Assembly (NCBI GenBank): GCA_039795225.1
Contig: JBDKEN010000002.1
Coordinates: forward strand, 1,012,880 to 1,076,879
Length of the DNA stretch: 64,000 nucleotides
Direction: 5' to 3'
DNA from: Bacteroidota bacterium
GTDB lineage: Bacteria > Bacteroidota > Ignavibacteria > Kapaibacteriales > Kapaibacteriaceae
Shown here: one piece after another, positions 50,800 to 59,466 of the stretch
Numbering within the stretch: the first letter of the stretch is position 1
Layout: every line of letters begins with the position of its first letter
The notes under the pieces: generated by a model
The model's database searches: none
What the model saw: only the letters and a program-made list of their open reading frames with translations
Told to the model about the DNA's origin: nothing
Program-made: the position numbers and the translations under genes

Positions 50800-50827
50800 T
50801 GTGAATAACTCTCGTTGGTTATTCACA
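50800..50827. promoter_or_regulatory. inverted pair of perfect DnaA-box consensus sequences (TGTGAATAAC-N8-GTTATTCACA) at the ftsQ start
   Basis: Both arms read TTATTCACA (= TTATNCACA) on opposite strands. Additional 1-2-mismatch boxes (TTATCAAC) lie at about 50624, 50756 and 50790. Overlaps the listed GTG start of ftsQ. Confidence 0.4.
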
Positions 50828-51640
50828 CCGGTGAGGGTAACGGTGGCCAAGCGGACACGACCAGAAAACATCGCAAATCAGCCGAAGCGGAGAACTTCAG
50901 GACTGATGGTGGCGCTCCTTGCGCTGGTGTTTTTGTCGTTTATGGCGGTCCAATGGAAGGAACGGCAGCGGATCGCAACGATTGAAGTCGTTGGTGCAAC
51001 AGGATTGAGCCGGCTTGCAGTTCAACATGCCGTTGATACGTTGTTGCATCGTAAGGCGAAGCAAATCACTCTCGCCAACGTGCGGCAGTGTGTCGAAGAT
51101 ATTCCCTACGTGCGGGAAGCATCGGTCTACTTTGTTGGCGTTCGGGACATCTGCATTGATGTTCGAGAGCGCTTGCCGGTGGCGCATGTTGTGCGCGACG
51201 CAGGAGTGCTTCGCTATGTGGATGATCAAGGGATCGTCTTGCCCGAGGCCAGAGAGCGTACTGCGCACAACGTACCCCTCTTGCACTCGATTAATGGAGG
51301 TACATTAACGCAGACCGAGATTCGGTCGATTGTTGGTGTACTGAACAACGCAGCGAGAATTCTCGATCCTCGATTGTATCAGTCGATCTCCGAGGTGCGG
51401 TACGATCAGCGCAGTAGCTCCGTCGAGATCATAACGGATGAATCGACGTGGCGTCTTGGCAAGTTGCATCCGACACATACCATTGAAGCACTCGCCGATA
51501 TGAATGTCTTCTGGAACGATGCGGCGGTGTCGATGCGACTTGCTGCCGTTATGGAGGTGGATTTGCGGTGGAGACACCAGGTTGTCCTGCGCTACCGTTC
51601 TGATGGTCCGAAATTGACGACATCGGGAGTGTCGGTATGA
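50801..51640 (+). CDS. ftsQ: cell division protein FtsQ
   Basis: Basic cytoplasmic N-terminus, one TM helix (LMVALLALVFLSFMAV), POTRA and FtsQ beta domains. Start uncertain: GTG at 50801, GTG near 50834 or ATG at 50906. Followed by ftsA and ftsZ. Confidence 0.75.
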   Translation: MNNSRWLFTPVRVTVAKRTRPENIANQPKRRTSGLMVALLALVFLSFMAVQWKERQRIATIEVVGATGLSRLAVQHAVDTLLHRKAKQITLANVRQCVEDIPYVREASVYFVGVRDICIDVRERLPVAHVVRDAGVLRYVDDQGIVLPEARERTAHNVPLLHSINGGTLTQTEIRSIVGVLNNAARILDPRLYQSISEVRYDQRSSSVEIITDESTWRLGKLHPTHTIEALADMNVFWNDAAVSMRLAAVMEVDLRWRHQVVLRYRSDGPKLTTSGVSV

Positions 51641-52926
51641 GTGCCCAAGAGATTCATGTCGGTCTCGATATTGGAACAACCAAGGTGCGGGTAGTGGTGG
51701 TCTCTCATGACTCGTCGACCGGTCGAAATGAGATCATTGGTGCAGGGGTCGCTGAATGTGATGGTCTTAAACGGGGTGTTGTTAGTAACATCAATAAGAC
51801 CGCTGATGCAATTCGCTCGGCTATTGACCGTGCTGAGCAAACGAGTGGCTACAAGATTGGTCCTGTGGTTATTGGTGTCAGTGGCGAGCACATTAGCACC
51901 TTTACAACACGCGGCATTGTGACAACGCGGACATCTGAAGTATCTGAAGATGATGTCAAACGCCTGCATGAAGAACTTGCTCAAGTCCATGTGACCCCTG
52001 ACCGTCGCATCCTCCATGTGATCCCGCAGGATTACATCATTGACGGTCAAGACGGGGTTTCCGATCCTCTTGGAATGAGTGGTCGGAGGCTTGAGGCAAA
52101 TGCCCTTGTCATTACCGCTAGCGCTTCGGCAGTTGATAATCTCCACAAGTGTGCCGAGCGTGCAGGTCTTCATGTTGATGCCGTCGTACTGCAGTCGATC
52201 GCGAGTTCCTACGCAGTTCTTGATGAGGCCGAACGTGAGGTCGGTGTTGCAATTGTTGATGTTGGTGGCGGCACGACGGACATGGCGATCTATAAGGACA
52301 ATTCGCTGCGGTACGTTAGCGTGATTGGTATAGCTGGCCAGAGAGTCACCGATGACATTGTCGATGTCTTGATGATTCGCAATACTGATGCCGAACTCAT
52401 TAAGGTCACCTACGGACATGCTATCAGCGAGAGCATCCTTCGTGATGAGCACTTTCAAGTTCCCGGTGTTGCAGGCCGAACACCGACGGAGATGTCGAAG
52501 TCGATTTTGTGTCAGGTAATTGAACCGCGCATGGAAGAGATCTTCGATTTCGTGTTAGCCAGGATTCATGAGTCTGGACTTTCGCATCAACTTGCAGCAG
52601 GTGTCGTCCTCACAGGGGGCTGCACCGAACTGTTTGGATCGGAACTTCTTGCGCAGCGAACCTTTCGCCTACCAGTTAACAAGGGACTTCCAAGCGGATT
52701 CGTCAATGATGGATTTGCACGAGAAGTCAAGACGCCGTCACATTCAACAGCCATTGGTTTGGCACTCTATAGTATCAAGCATCATCACGAGTTTATTACC
52801 GATTCATACGATGTTCAACAGCCGACAATCAGTGCTTCAGACGCCCCAGCTCCCGTCACCCCGGAGGTTCATGTTCATAAAAAAGGGGTGGTGCAGAAAC
52901 TCAAAGATTGGTTTGAGAATTTCTGA
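51637..52926 (+). CDS. ftsA: cell division protein FtsA
   Basis: 429 aa, actin-like ATPase collinear with FtsA (HVGLDIGTTKVRVVV..., DVGGGTTD). Start overlaps the ftsQ stop. Confidence 0.9.
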   Translation: MSAQEIHVGLDIGTTKVRVVVVSHDSSTGRNEIIGAGVAECDGLKRGVVSNINKTADAIRSAIDRAEQTSGYKIGPVVIGVSGEHISTFTTRGIVTTRTSEVSEDDVKRLHEELAQVHVTPDRRILHVIPQDYIIDGQDGVSDPLGMSGRRLEANALVITASASAVDNLHKCAERAGLHVDAVVLQSIASSYAVLDEAEREVGVAIVDVGGGTTDMAIYKDNSLRYVSVIGIAGQRVTDDIVDVLMIRNTDAELIKVTYGHAISESILRDEHFQVPGVAGRTPTEMSKSILCQVIEPRMEEIFDFVLARIHESGLSHQLAAGVVLTGGCTELFGSELLAQRTFRLPVNKGLPSGFVNDGFAREVKTPSHSTAIGLALYSIKHHHEFITDSYDVQQPTISASDAPAPVTPEVHVHKKGVVQKLKDWFENF

Positions 52927-52965
52927 CGCGTTATCTTCACACAACATGACTGATTTCCGGGGGGA

Positions 52966-54294
52966 ATGATGGCAATTGAGTTAGATATTTCTGCGCTTAC
53001 GTCCGACGCACGAATCCGCGTTGTGGGCGTGGGGGGCGGCGGTGGAAATGCCGTTCGCACAATGATTACACGTGGCCTTGACGCTGTCGAGTTTATCGCA
53101 GCGAATACCGACCGTCAGGCCCTCATGAGCAACCCAGCAGGGATTAAGCTTCAGCTCGGTAAGGACGTCACGCGCGGCCTCGGAGCTGGCGCTGACCCCA
53201 ATCGCGGTAGGATGGCTGTCGAGGAGAGTATCGACGATGTCCGTGATACGCTGTCTGGCAGTGACATGATCTTTGTCACGGCAGGCATGGGAGGCGGTAC
53301 GGGTACGGGCGCAGCACCTGTGATCGCTCGTATCGGACGCGAACTTGGTGCACTCGTTGTGGGCATCGTGACAAAGCCCTTTAACTACGAGTCAAAGCGA
53401 CGCATGCTCGTTGCCGAAAACGGCATCAAGGAGCTCCGTGAGAATGTCGATGCCCTGATCGTAATACCGAACCAGCGCCTTCTCACAGTTGTCGACAAGA
53501 ACGTCACATTCGCCGATGCGCTGATGATGGTTGATACCGTGTTGTACAACGCAACAAAGGGTATTGCTGACATCATTTCCGGCGTAGGATATATGAACGT
53601 CGACTTTGCGGACGTCCGCACAGTGATGTCGGGGATGGGCGATGCGTTGATGGGTATAGGCCGAGCCAGTGGTGAGCATCGTGCTATCGAAGCTGCTCAG
53701 AACGCTCTCAACTCTCCGATCCTCGAAGGAATGTCCATCTATGGAGCTCAGGGTCTGCTGGTCAACGTTACTGGTGGACCGAGTATGACCATGTTCGAAG
53801 TGAGTGAAGCTGTCGCAGCGATCGAGCAGGCTGCTGGTGACGAGGTCAATCTCATCCATGGTGTTGTGATCGACGAGCGGATGGAAGATGAGATTGCCAT
53901 CACCGTTGTGGCCACTGGTTTTCATCGCCAAGAAGAGAAGAAGTTCGTAGCCCCGACGATCTCCACATCGTCAACCGCACCAACCATCGAAATCGTGCGC
54001 CCACAGCCTGAGCGTGAAGTCTCTGAACAGGTCACCACGCCCGTTGCTTTGACATCGCCGATTCCGGCCGCTCCGGTGGATGTTGATGTCAACGACTTGA
54101 ATGTGCCGACGTATCTCCGACGTCAGCGTGAGCGCGAGCAGGAGCAGCGTCAACAGGCTGGTACCCCTCGAGTCGAGCCACCCGCATCCGCCTCGGTGCC
54201 GATTACACCGTCGGATGCCAATGGGCCGCAAATGCAAATGCGGCGTGCGGCAGCTGGTGGACAGCCAGCGTTTCTCCGCAAAATCATGGATTAA
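52966..54294 (+). CDS. ftsZ: cell division protein FtsZ
   Basis: Tubulin signature GGGTGTG, T7 loop, and a long disordered C-terminal linker. Confidence 0.95.
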   Translation: MMAIELDISALTSDARIRVVGVGGGGGNAVRTMITRGLDAVEFIAANTDRQALMSNPAGIKLQLGKDVTRGLGAGADPNRGRMAVEESIDDVRDTLSGSDMIFVTAGMGGGTGTGAAPVIARIGRELGALVVGIVTKPFNYESKRRMLVAENGIKELRENVDALIVIPNQRLLTVVDKNVTFADALMMVDTVLYNATKGIADIISGVGYMNVDFADVRTVMSGMGDALMGIGRASGEHRAIEAAQNALNSPILEGMSIYGAQGLLVNVTGGPSMTMFEVSEAVAAIEQAAGDEVNLIHGVVIDERMEDEIAITVVATGFHRQEEKKFVAPTISTSSTAPTIEIVRPQPEREVSEQVTTPVALTSPIPAAPVDVDVNDLNVPTYLRRQREREQEQRQQAGTPRVEPPASASVPITPSDANGPQMQMRRAAAGGQPAFLRKIMD

Positions 54295-54309
54295 GAAATC
54301 CGGTTCTGG

Positions 54310-54333
54310 GCAGCAGCGCTTTGTCGCTGCTGC
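54310..54333. terminator. hairpin between convergent ftsZ and a downstream minus-strand gene (possible bidirectional terminator)
   Basis: GCAGCAGCG-CTTTGT-CGCTGCTGC, a perfect 9-bp stem, lies 15 nt after the ftsZ stop and abuts the stop of the minus-strand ORF. No clear U-tract on either strand. Confidence 0.4.
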
Positions 54334-54759
54334 TCAGCGAACCTTGAGTAGAGTCAGTTGAACACTTCCACCACCAAAGAAGTCGTCGTGCTTCTGTGAG
54401 GCACCATTCGTGGTAAGTGTGGCTGAAACTCGAATCCCGGCAGTTACATTCCAATCAAGCGTACGGCGTTGATGCAACGGACCCGTTCGTAGTCCTTGTG
54501 CAGTGAGTGTCGATCCGCGCACACTGACCCTACCCATAGGCCATACGGCAACAGTCAGCCTTCTGCCAGACTTTGTGATAGCGCGTAGTGCAAGAGAATC
54601 ATTGCGATTGTCGAGTTCAAAGACTGTGGTGGCTGATGCATCAGATCCCAGTTGAAGAATTCCACTGGCGTTGCGAGCCGTTCCGCGAAACGTCCCGAGA
54701 TGGGACTCGAGTGCGTTTCCAATCGCAATGATGGTGAGCAGGACGAGTACGTGGTTCAT
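54334..54759 (-). CDS. hypothetical exported protein
   Basis: 141 aa with an N-terminal hydrophobic signal-like segment (MNHVLVLLTIIAIGNALES). No recognisable domain. Confidence 0.45.
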   Translation of the reverse strand: MNHVLVLLTIIAIGNALESHLGTFRGTARNASGILQLGSDASATTVFELDNRNDSLALRAITKSGRRLTVAVWPMGRVSVRGSTLTAQGLRTGPLHQRRTLDWNVTAGIRVSATLTTNGASQKHDDFFGGGSVQLTLLKVR

Positions 54760-54770
54760 GCAACGGTTCT

Positions 54771-55310
54771 CTAATCAAGCACGATGCGGATTGCTGCGCG
54801 AATTGTATCGGTGACGTACCATTGTGATGTCCATGTGGCTCGAATGGTCATTGTATCACCAAGCATGTCGAGTACCGGTCCAACGACGGTATTGATTTCG
54901 CCCGAGCCCGAACTGTAGGCAGACGCATTAACAGTTGGCACGATCATCTCCATTGGTGCAACAAAGGCCGCGGTATCAATCACTACCCAGTGACCTGTTT
55001 GATCAACGTTTCGACGGTAGATCGTGATGACCGTGTCACCAGGGAGGAATGACCAGGTGTGGGAAGATTCCCAGGCGATCTTTTGTTCTTGATATGGCGC
55101 TTTACCGTCCGCATCGAGTAATGATCCACTGATGCGATGAACAGTTTGATACCGATCACGACGCAGTTTCAGATGATAGAATCCGTTGCTGTCCAGGGGT
55201 AGCCGTCCATCAATCGTGAGAATGTAATCATCAGGCTCGACCCAAGGTTCAGTCGAAGAGCAGGACCACAGCGCGAGCGCGATGGCGATGATAACTCCAG
55301 CACGAATCAT
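54771..55310 (-). CDS. hypothetical lipoprotein
   Basis: 179 aa with a signal peptide and lipobox ALWSCSS. No recognisable domain. Confidence 0.5.
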   Translation of the reverse strand: MIRAGVIIAIALALWSCSSTEPWVEPDDYILTIDGRLPLDSNGFYHLKLRRDRYQTVHRISGSLLDADGKAPYQEQKIAWESSHTWSFLPGDTVITIYRRNVDQTGHWVVIDTAAFVAPMEMIVPTVNASAYSSGSGEINTVVGPVLDMLGDTMTIRATWTSQWYVTDTIRAAIRIVLD

Positions 55311-55331
55311 TACAAGCCTCTATGATGTCGG

Positions 55332-56615
55332 TTACGCACTCGTTACACTCCCGTTTTCTCGAACCCGTCGCAATAGCAGCATCCCGAGGAGGAGGAACAA
55401 TATCAGTGACAGGAGCGCATAGCGATAACTGTTGGTAAGAGATAGCACAACACCAAATGTCAAGGGGCCGAACCACGACGTCCCCTTGTCGCTGATCTCA
55501 TACAGTGAGAAGTACTCCGCCTCGCGTCCATGTGGAATCAGCCGAGAGAACATCGACCGGCTAAGTGCTTGAGAGCCCCCTAACACGATTGCAATCACCA
55601 CGGCCAGCGCATAGAACCACGATCCTGATGCGGGCATTACATAGGCAAACACGAGCGCCGCGGCCCATCCTGTGAGGCTGATGGAGATCGCGCGTATTGT
55701 CCCGATACGATTCGACAGGCGTTCGAAAAACAGCGAACCAACGATGGCCACAAACTGCACGAGGAGAATCGCTTGAGTTAGCACGTCGAGTCCGAGTCCG
55801 AGCTCTTGGCTGCCGTAGACGCTAGCCATCGAAATGACGGTTTGAATGGCCTCATTGTACAGGACAAACGCGACCAGAAAACGAAGTGCCTGCGGATGCT
55901 GCCGGATGTGACGAAGCGTATCTCCTAACTGGGAGACGGCAGCGCGGACTTGAACTTTTCTTGGGTGTGCTTTGAGTCCAGAGAGCAAGAGCAACGGAAC
56001 GAACGTAAAGAATGCCCACCAGAGTCCCGTGCTGACAAGGATCATTCGTATGGTCCACGAAACTTCCTCTGGGGTGGTGGCGATGCTAAACCACAGTAGG
56101 TGCAGCAAAAGGGCGAGTCCACCTCCGAGGTACCCAAATGCCCAGCCACGCGAAGACACGGTGTCACGCTCCTTTGAACTTGCCAGGTCATTCAGAAAGC
56201 TGTTTGCTACCACGATACTTGCGCCAAAGAACGCATTCGCAATCACAAACAATATCGCTCCCGTGATGTACGATGTCGCGTCATGTTGCACGATGCCAAG
56301 CGCACTCGTTGCAGCAGCACCAACAAAGCCCGTACCAGCAAGGAGTGAACGTTTGCGATGTGACGCATCAGCAAGTGCTCCGATGATCGGAAGGAGGACC
56401 ATCTGCACGACAACTGATGCAGATACACAAAAGGAAAACCATGAGCCTGGATGTAGGGCGAAACCAAGAACATGCAAACGACCATTGATAGCTGCAGACT
56501 CTGCAACCGACGTCAGATAAGGACCAAAGAACACCGTCACGACAGAAGTCGTAAAGGCACTGTTGGCAAAGTCGTAGAAGTACCAACCAAGGCGTTGCCG
56601 GGCTAGGGAAGTCAT
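55332..56615 (-). CDS. MFS transporter (Atg22/UMF1-like family)
   Basis: About 427 aa from the internal Met (MTSLARQRLGWYFYDFANSAFTT, characteristic of the Atg22-like MFS N-terminus) with 12 predicted TM segments. Confidence 0.7.
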   Translation of the reverse strand: MTSLARQRLGWYFYDFANSAFTTSVVTVFFGPYLTSVAESAAINGRLHVLGFALHPGSWFSFCVSASVVVQMVLLPIIGALADASHRKRSLLAGTGFVGAAATSALGIVQHDATSYITGAILFVIANAFFGASIVVANSFLNDLASSKERDTVSSRGWAFGYLGGGLALLLHLLWFSIATTPEEVSWTIRMILVSTGLWWAFFTFVPLLLLSGLKAHPRKVQVRAAVSQLGDTLRHIRQHPQALRFLVAFVLYNEAIQTVISMASVYGSQELGLGLDVLTQAILLVQFVAIVGSLFFERLSNRIGTIRAISISLTGWAAALVFAYVMPASGSWFYALAVVIAIVLGGSQALSRSMFSRLIPHGREAEYFSLYEISDKGTSWFGPLTFGVVLSLTNSYRYALLSLILFLLLGMLLLRRVRENGSVTSA

Positions 56616-56663
56616 GGCTCGAATATACGTTCTTCCCTGAGGCTGCGAAGCCCCGTAAATTGC

Positions 56664-57596
56664 GTGGATTCCATTCATACGAGATTCGAAATGCACGCAC
56701 TTGGATCGACGAAGAACTTCCTGGCGATTGACGAACAGCACTCAGCACTCGAAACATCAAAGATCGCCATTGTATCTGCCCCATATGAACACACCGTGAG
56801 TTACGGTGGCGGGGCACAGCATGGGCCAAAGGCCATTGTTAAGGCTAGTGCCTATGTTGAGTTTTACGACGATGAGACGGATCGGGAGCTTTGCTTTGAC
56901 CGCGGGATCGCTACACTAGCACCGATAAAGTTCGGTAAGCGTGTTGATCGTGCGGCGCTTGACCTCATCGAAGAGCAGGTTTCGGCCTTACTCGAGATGG
57001 AGAAGTTCGTTGTCACCCTCGGAGGTGAGCATACGATCTCCACCGCGCCGATCGCGGCGCATTACCGTGCATTTCCGAAGATGAGTATTCTCCACTTCGA
57101 TGCACATTCAGATCTGCGTCACGAGTACCAGGGGTCGCCATGGTCGCACGCGTCTTTCATGGCTCGTGTTGCCGAGTTCTTCCCGACCAAACGTATCACA
57201 CAGGTTGGTATCCGTGCCCAGTGCATCGAAGAAGCAGCGTTCATTCGTGAGAAGAAGATCAACACCTTCTACGCCTCAGCGATTCGCCGCGGCCTGCATG
57301 GAGTACAGTGGCAAAAAAGTGTCGTAGATACCCTCGCGAAAGATGTGTACATCACCTTTGATGTGGATGTGTTTGACCCGGCGATTATGCCAGCAACGGG
57401 TACACCAGAGCCTGATGGCCTGTTCTACAGTGAAACTATTGATGTGATACGGAACGTGATCGCCTCAGGCCGTCGTATCGTGGGATTCGACGTTGTTGAA
57501 CTTGCTCCGATGAAGGGGCTTTCCCATCCCGATCTGACGACGGCACGTCTTGTCTACAAGATGTTGAATCTTGCATTTTCAAAATCTACGATTTGA
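56664..57596 (+). CDS. speB: agmatinase/arginase-family ureohydrolase
   Basis: Mn-binding signatures GGEHTIS, HFDAHSDL, FDVDVFDPAIMPATGTPEPDGL. Assignment to agmatinase rather than arginase or formiminoglutamase is tentative. Confidence 0.7.
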   Translation: MDSIHTRFEMHALGSTKNFLAIDEQHSALETSKIAIVSAPYEHTVSYGGGAQHGPKAIVKASAYVEFYDDETDRELCFDRGIATLAPIKFGKRVDRAALDLIEEQVSALLEMEKFVVTLGGEHTISTAPIAAHYRAFPKMSILHFDAHSDLRHEYQGSPWSHASFMARVAEFFPTKRITQVGIRAQCIEEAAFIREKKINTFYASAIRRGLHGVQWQKSVVDTLAKDVYITFDVDVFDPAIMPATGTPEPDGLFYSETIDVIRNVIASGRRIVGFDVVELAPMKGLSHPDLTTARLVYKMLNLAFSKSTI

Positions 57597-58441
57597 GCAA
57601 CATGAATCTCAAGAATGATATTGAACGACTCTTTGCAATCAACCCATCCGAGTTGAAGTATGATCCAAGTATTGAGGACGTTTGCGCAGAGATTCTGCGT
57701 GCCCTCAATCATGGTGAGATTCGCGCCGCGGAACCGAATGGAGATGGAGGGTGGACCGTCAATGCCTGGGTAAAGCACGGCATCCTTTTGTTATTCCGCA
57801 TGGGGTCGATGTCTGACATGTCGACCGACGACAACTTCCGTTTCTTTGACAAGCATACCTTGCCGACAAAGCGCCTGTTGATGAGCGACAACGTCCGTGT
57901 TGTTCCCGGCGGCTCGTCCATTCGAACGGGTGCATATGTTTCGCCAGGAGTGATTTGTATGCCACCGATGTATATCAACATCGGCGCGTGGATCGGGACT
58001 GCCACAATGGTCGACTCGCATGCACTCGTTGGAACATGTGCCCAGATAGGTGAACGTGTCCACATCAGTGCGGCTGCCCAGATTGGCGGCGTACTCGAGC
58101 CAGCCGGCGCGCGACCCGTCATCATCGAAGATGACGTCTTGGTTGGGGGTAATTGTGGCGTCTACGAGGGGGTACGTGTCCGTAAGCGGGCCGTGCTCGG
58201 TAGTGGGGTGATTCTCAATGCATCCACGCCGGTGTACGACCTTGTGAACGAAACTGTCTTGCGCAGTTCCGGAGAATCGCCACTTGAGATTCCAGAAGGG
58301 GCAGTTGTGGTTGCCGGTGCGCGATCCATTCAAACAGAATGGGGCGCTCACCACGGTTTATCGGTAAGCACCCCATTGATCGTCAAGTATCGCGATGAGA
58401 AAACAGATGCACGTACGGCACTCGAGGCCGCATTGCGGTAA
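57593..58441 (+). CDS. dapD: 2,3,4,5-tetrahydropyridine-2,6-dicarboxylate N-succinyltransferase
   Basis: 282 aa, collinear with E. coli DapD including the left-handed beta-helix hexapeptide repeats (VVPGGSSIRTGAYVSPGVICMPPMYINIGAWIGTATMVDSHALVGTCAQIG). Start overlaps the speB-like stop by 4 nt. Confidence 0.85.
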   Translation: MSNMNLKNDIERLFAINPSELKYDPSIEDVCAEILRALNHGEIRAAEPNGDGGWTVNAWVKHGILLLFRMGSMSDMSTDDNFRFFDKHTLPTKRLLMSDNVRVVPGGSSIRTGAYVSPGVICMPPMYINIGAWIGTATMVDSHALVGTCAQIGERVHISAAAQIGGVLEPAGARPVIIEDDVLVGGNCGVYEGVRVRKRAVLGSGVILNASTPVYDLVNETVLRSSGESPLEIPEGAVVVAGARSIQTEWGAHHGLSVSTPLIVKYRDEKTDARTALEAALR

Positions 58442-58449
58442 GCGCCGAA

Positions 58450-59394
58450 TCAGCTCAACGTAGGATCACCTTTTTCTCGGTTAAGACGAACCGCCTGCTT
58501 CACCATCGATTCGAAGGTCTCGCGGCGCACGTCCTTTGCTGAGCGGAGGGTCATCGTTCGCATCATTGTAAGGTCTCCGGAGAGGAGTCCCTCTGTATCA
58601 CTGATCTCCGTCCCACGCCAGAAGCCAAATGTAACGTAGTCCTTGTAGGCCTTAAAGAAGCATACCGGACCGTTCATGCTGAACACCGGCTGTGACCACA
58701 TGATGCTCTCTTCAACATCAGGTGCTGCTGATTGGACAATGCTGCGAAGCGTTGTGAGAACTTCACGCTGCCAGCCTTTGTGGCCAGTCACATACTGTTC
58801 AACTGTCGCCGCCTGAACAGGTACGTACGTTGGAGCCTCGTCCTTTTGCTTCGGAGTATCGACATAATCGCCCCGTGTTTGACGTCGGTTGAGGACCGAC
58901 CCACGAGGTGGACGATCCTTCTTTTCTGGTTTTGCCTGTTCACCACGTTGCTGCTGCGAAGGCTTTCCGGAAGATTGCCGGTCTTTCGACTGCTGACCTT
59001 GCGACTGACCCTGTTGAGGGTTCGCCGAGGGCTGTTGTTGCTGCTGACCGCTCGCCGGTGATTGGGCATCACGTGACTCAGCACGGTTGCGGTTTCGGTT
59101 ACGTCGGCGATTCCGACTGGTCCGTTCGCCCCCTTCACCAGCCGGTTGATCGCCACCAGCATTCTCCGCGGTAGTGTCGGCAACCGGAGCTGCCGTGGTG
59201 TTCGCAGGAGCATGCTGTGGTCGACCGGCCTCTGACGGTGACGGAGAGGCCGCATCTGTGGTTGTTTGCTGACCCTCTTCACGGGGCCCGCCGCGACGGC
59301 CACGGCGACGGCGACGTCCTGAACGTTCACTGGACTGTTCGCCACCACCCTGTGGGGTTGGTGTCTGCGGCTGTTGATCGTCTGAAAGCGTCAT
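58450..59394 (-). CDS. DUF1801 (YdhG-like) domain protein with a long Arg/Gly/Gln-rich disordered N-terminal region
   Basis: Start taken at the internal ATG (MTLSDDQQ). The first ~200 aa are low complexity (GRRRRRGRRGG, RNRRRNRNRNR, QQQQQPSANPQQGQSQGQQ). The C-terminal ~120 aa resemble the YdhG/DUF1801 fold (VEQYVTGHKGWQREVLTTLRSIV...PVCFFKAYKDYVTFGFW). Confidence 0.65.
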   Translation of the reverse strand: MTLSDDQQPQTPTPQGGGEQSSERSGRRRRRGRRGGPREEGQQTTTDAASPSPSEAGRPQHAPANTTAAPVADTTAENAGGDQPAGEGGERTSRNRRRNRNRNRAESRDAQSPASGQQQQQPSANPQQGQSQGQQSKDRQSSGKPSQQQRGEQAKPEKKDRPPRGSVLNRRQTRGDYVDTPKQKDEAPTYVPVQAATVEQYVTGHKGWQREVLTTLRSIVQSAAPDVEESIMWSQPVFSMNGPVCFFKAYKDYVTFGFWRGTEISDTEGLLSGDLTMMRTMTLRSAKDVRRETFESMVKQAVRLNREKGDPTLS

Positions 59395-59466
59395 TGGATG
59401 AGGTTGGTTTGCCAAAGTGATGGGCAAATATACGGAGCTGTTACAGAGGGGGCCTGCAGAGCTGTT

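Noticed and set aside
50596-50830. Chromosomal replication origin (oriC) at the AT-rich, DnaA-box-containing region upstream of ftsQ
   Set aside because: There are only two perfect boxes plus a few degenerate ones, no dnaA/dnaN nearby, and no obvious 13-mer-like DNA-unwinding-element repeats. E. coli ftsQA promoters also carry DnaA boxes, so a regulatory role is more parsimonious. It cannot be excluded without GC-skew.
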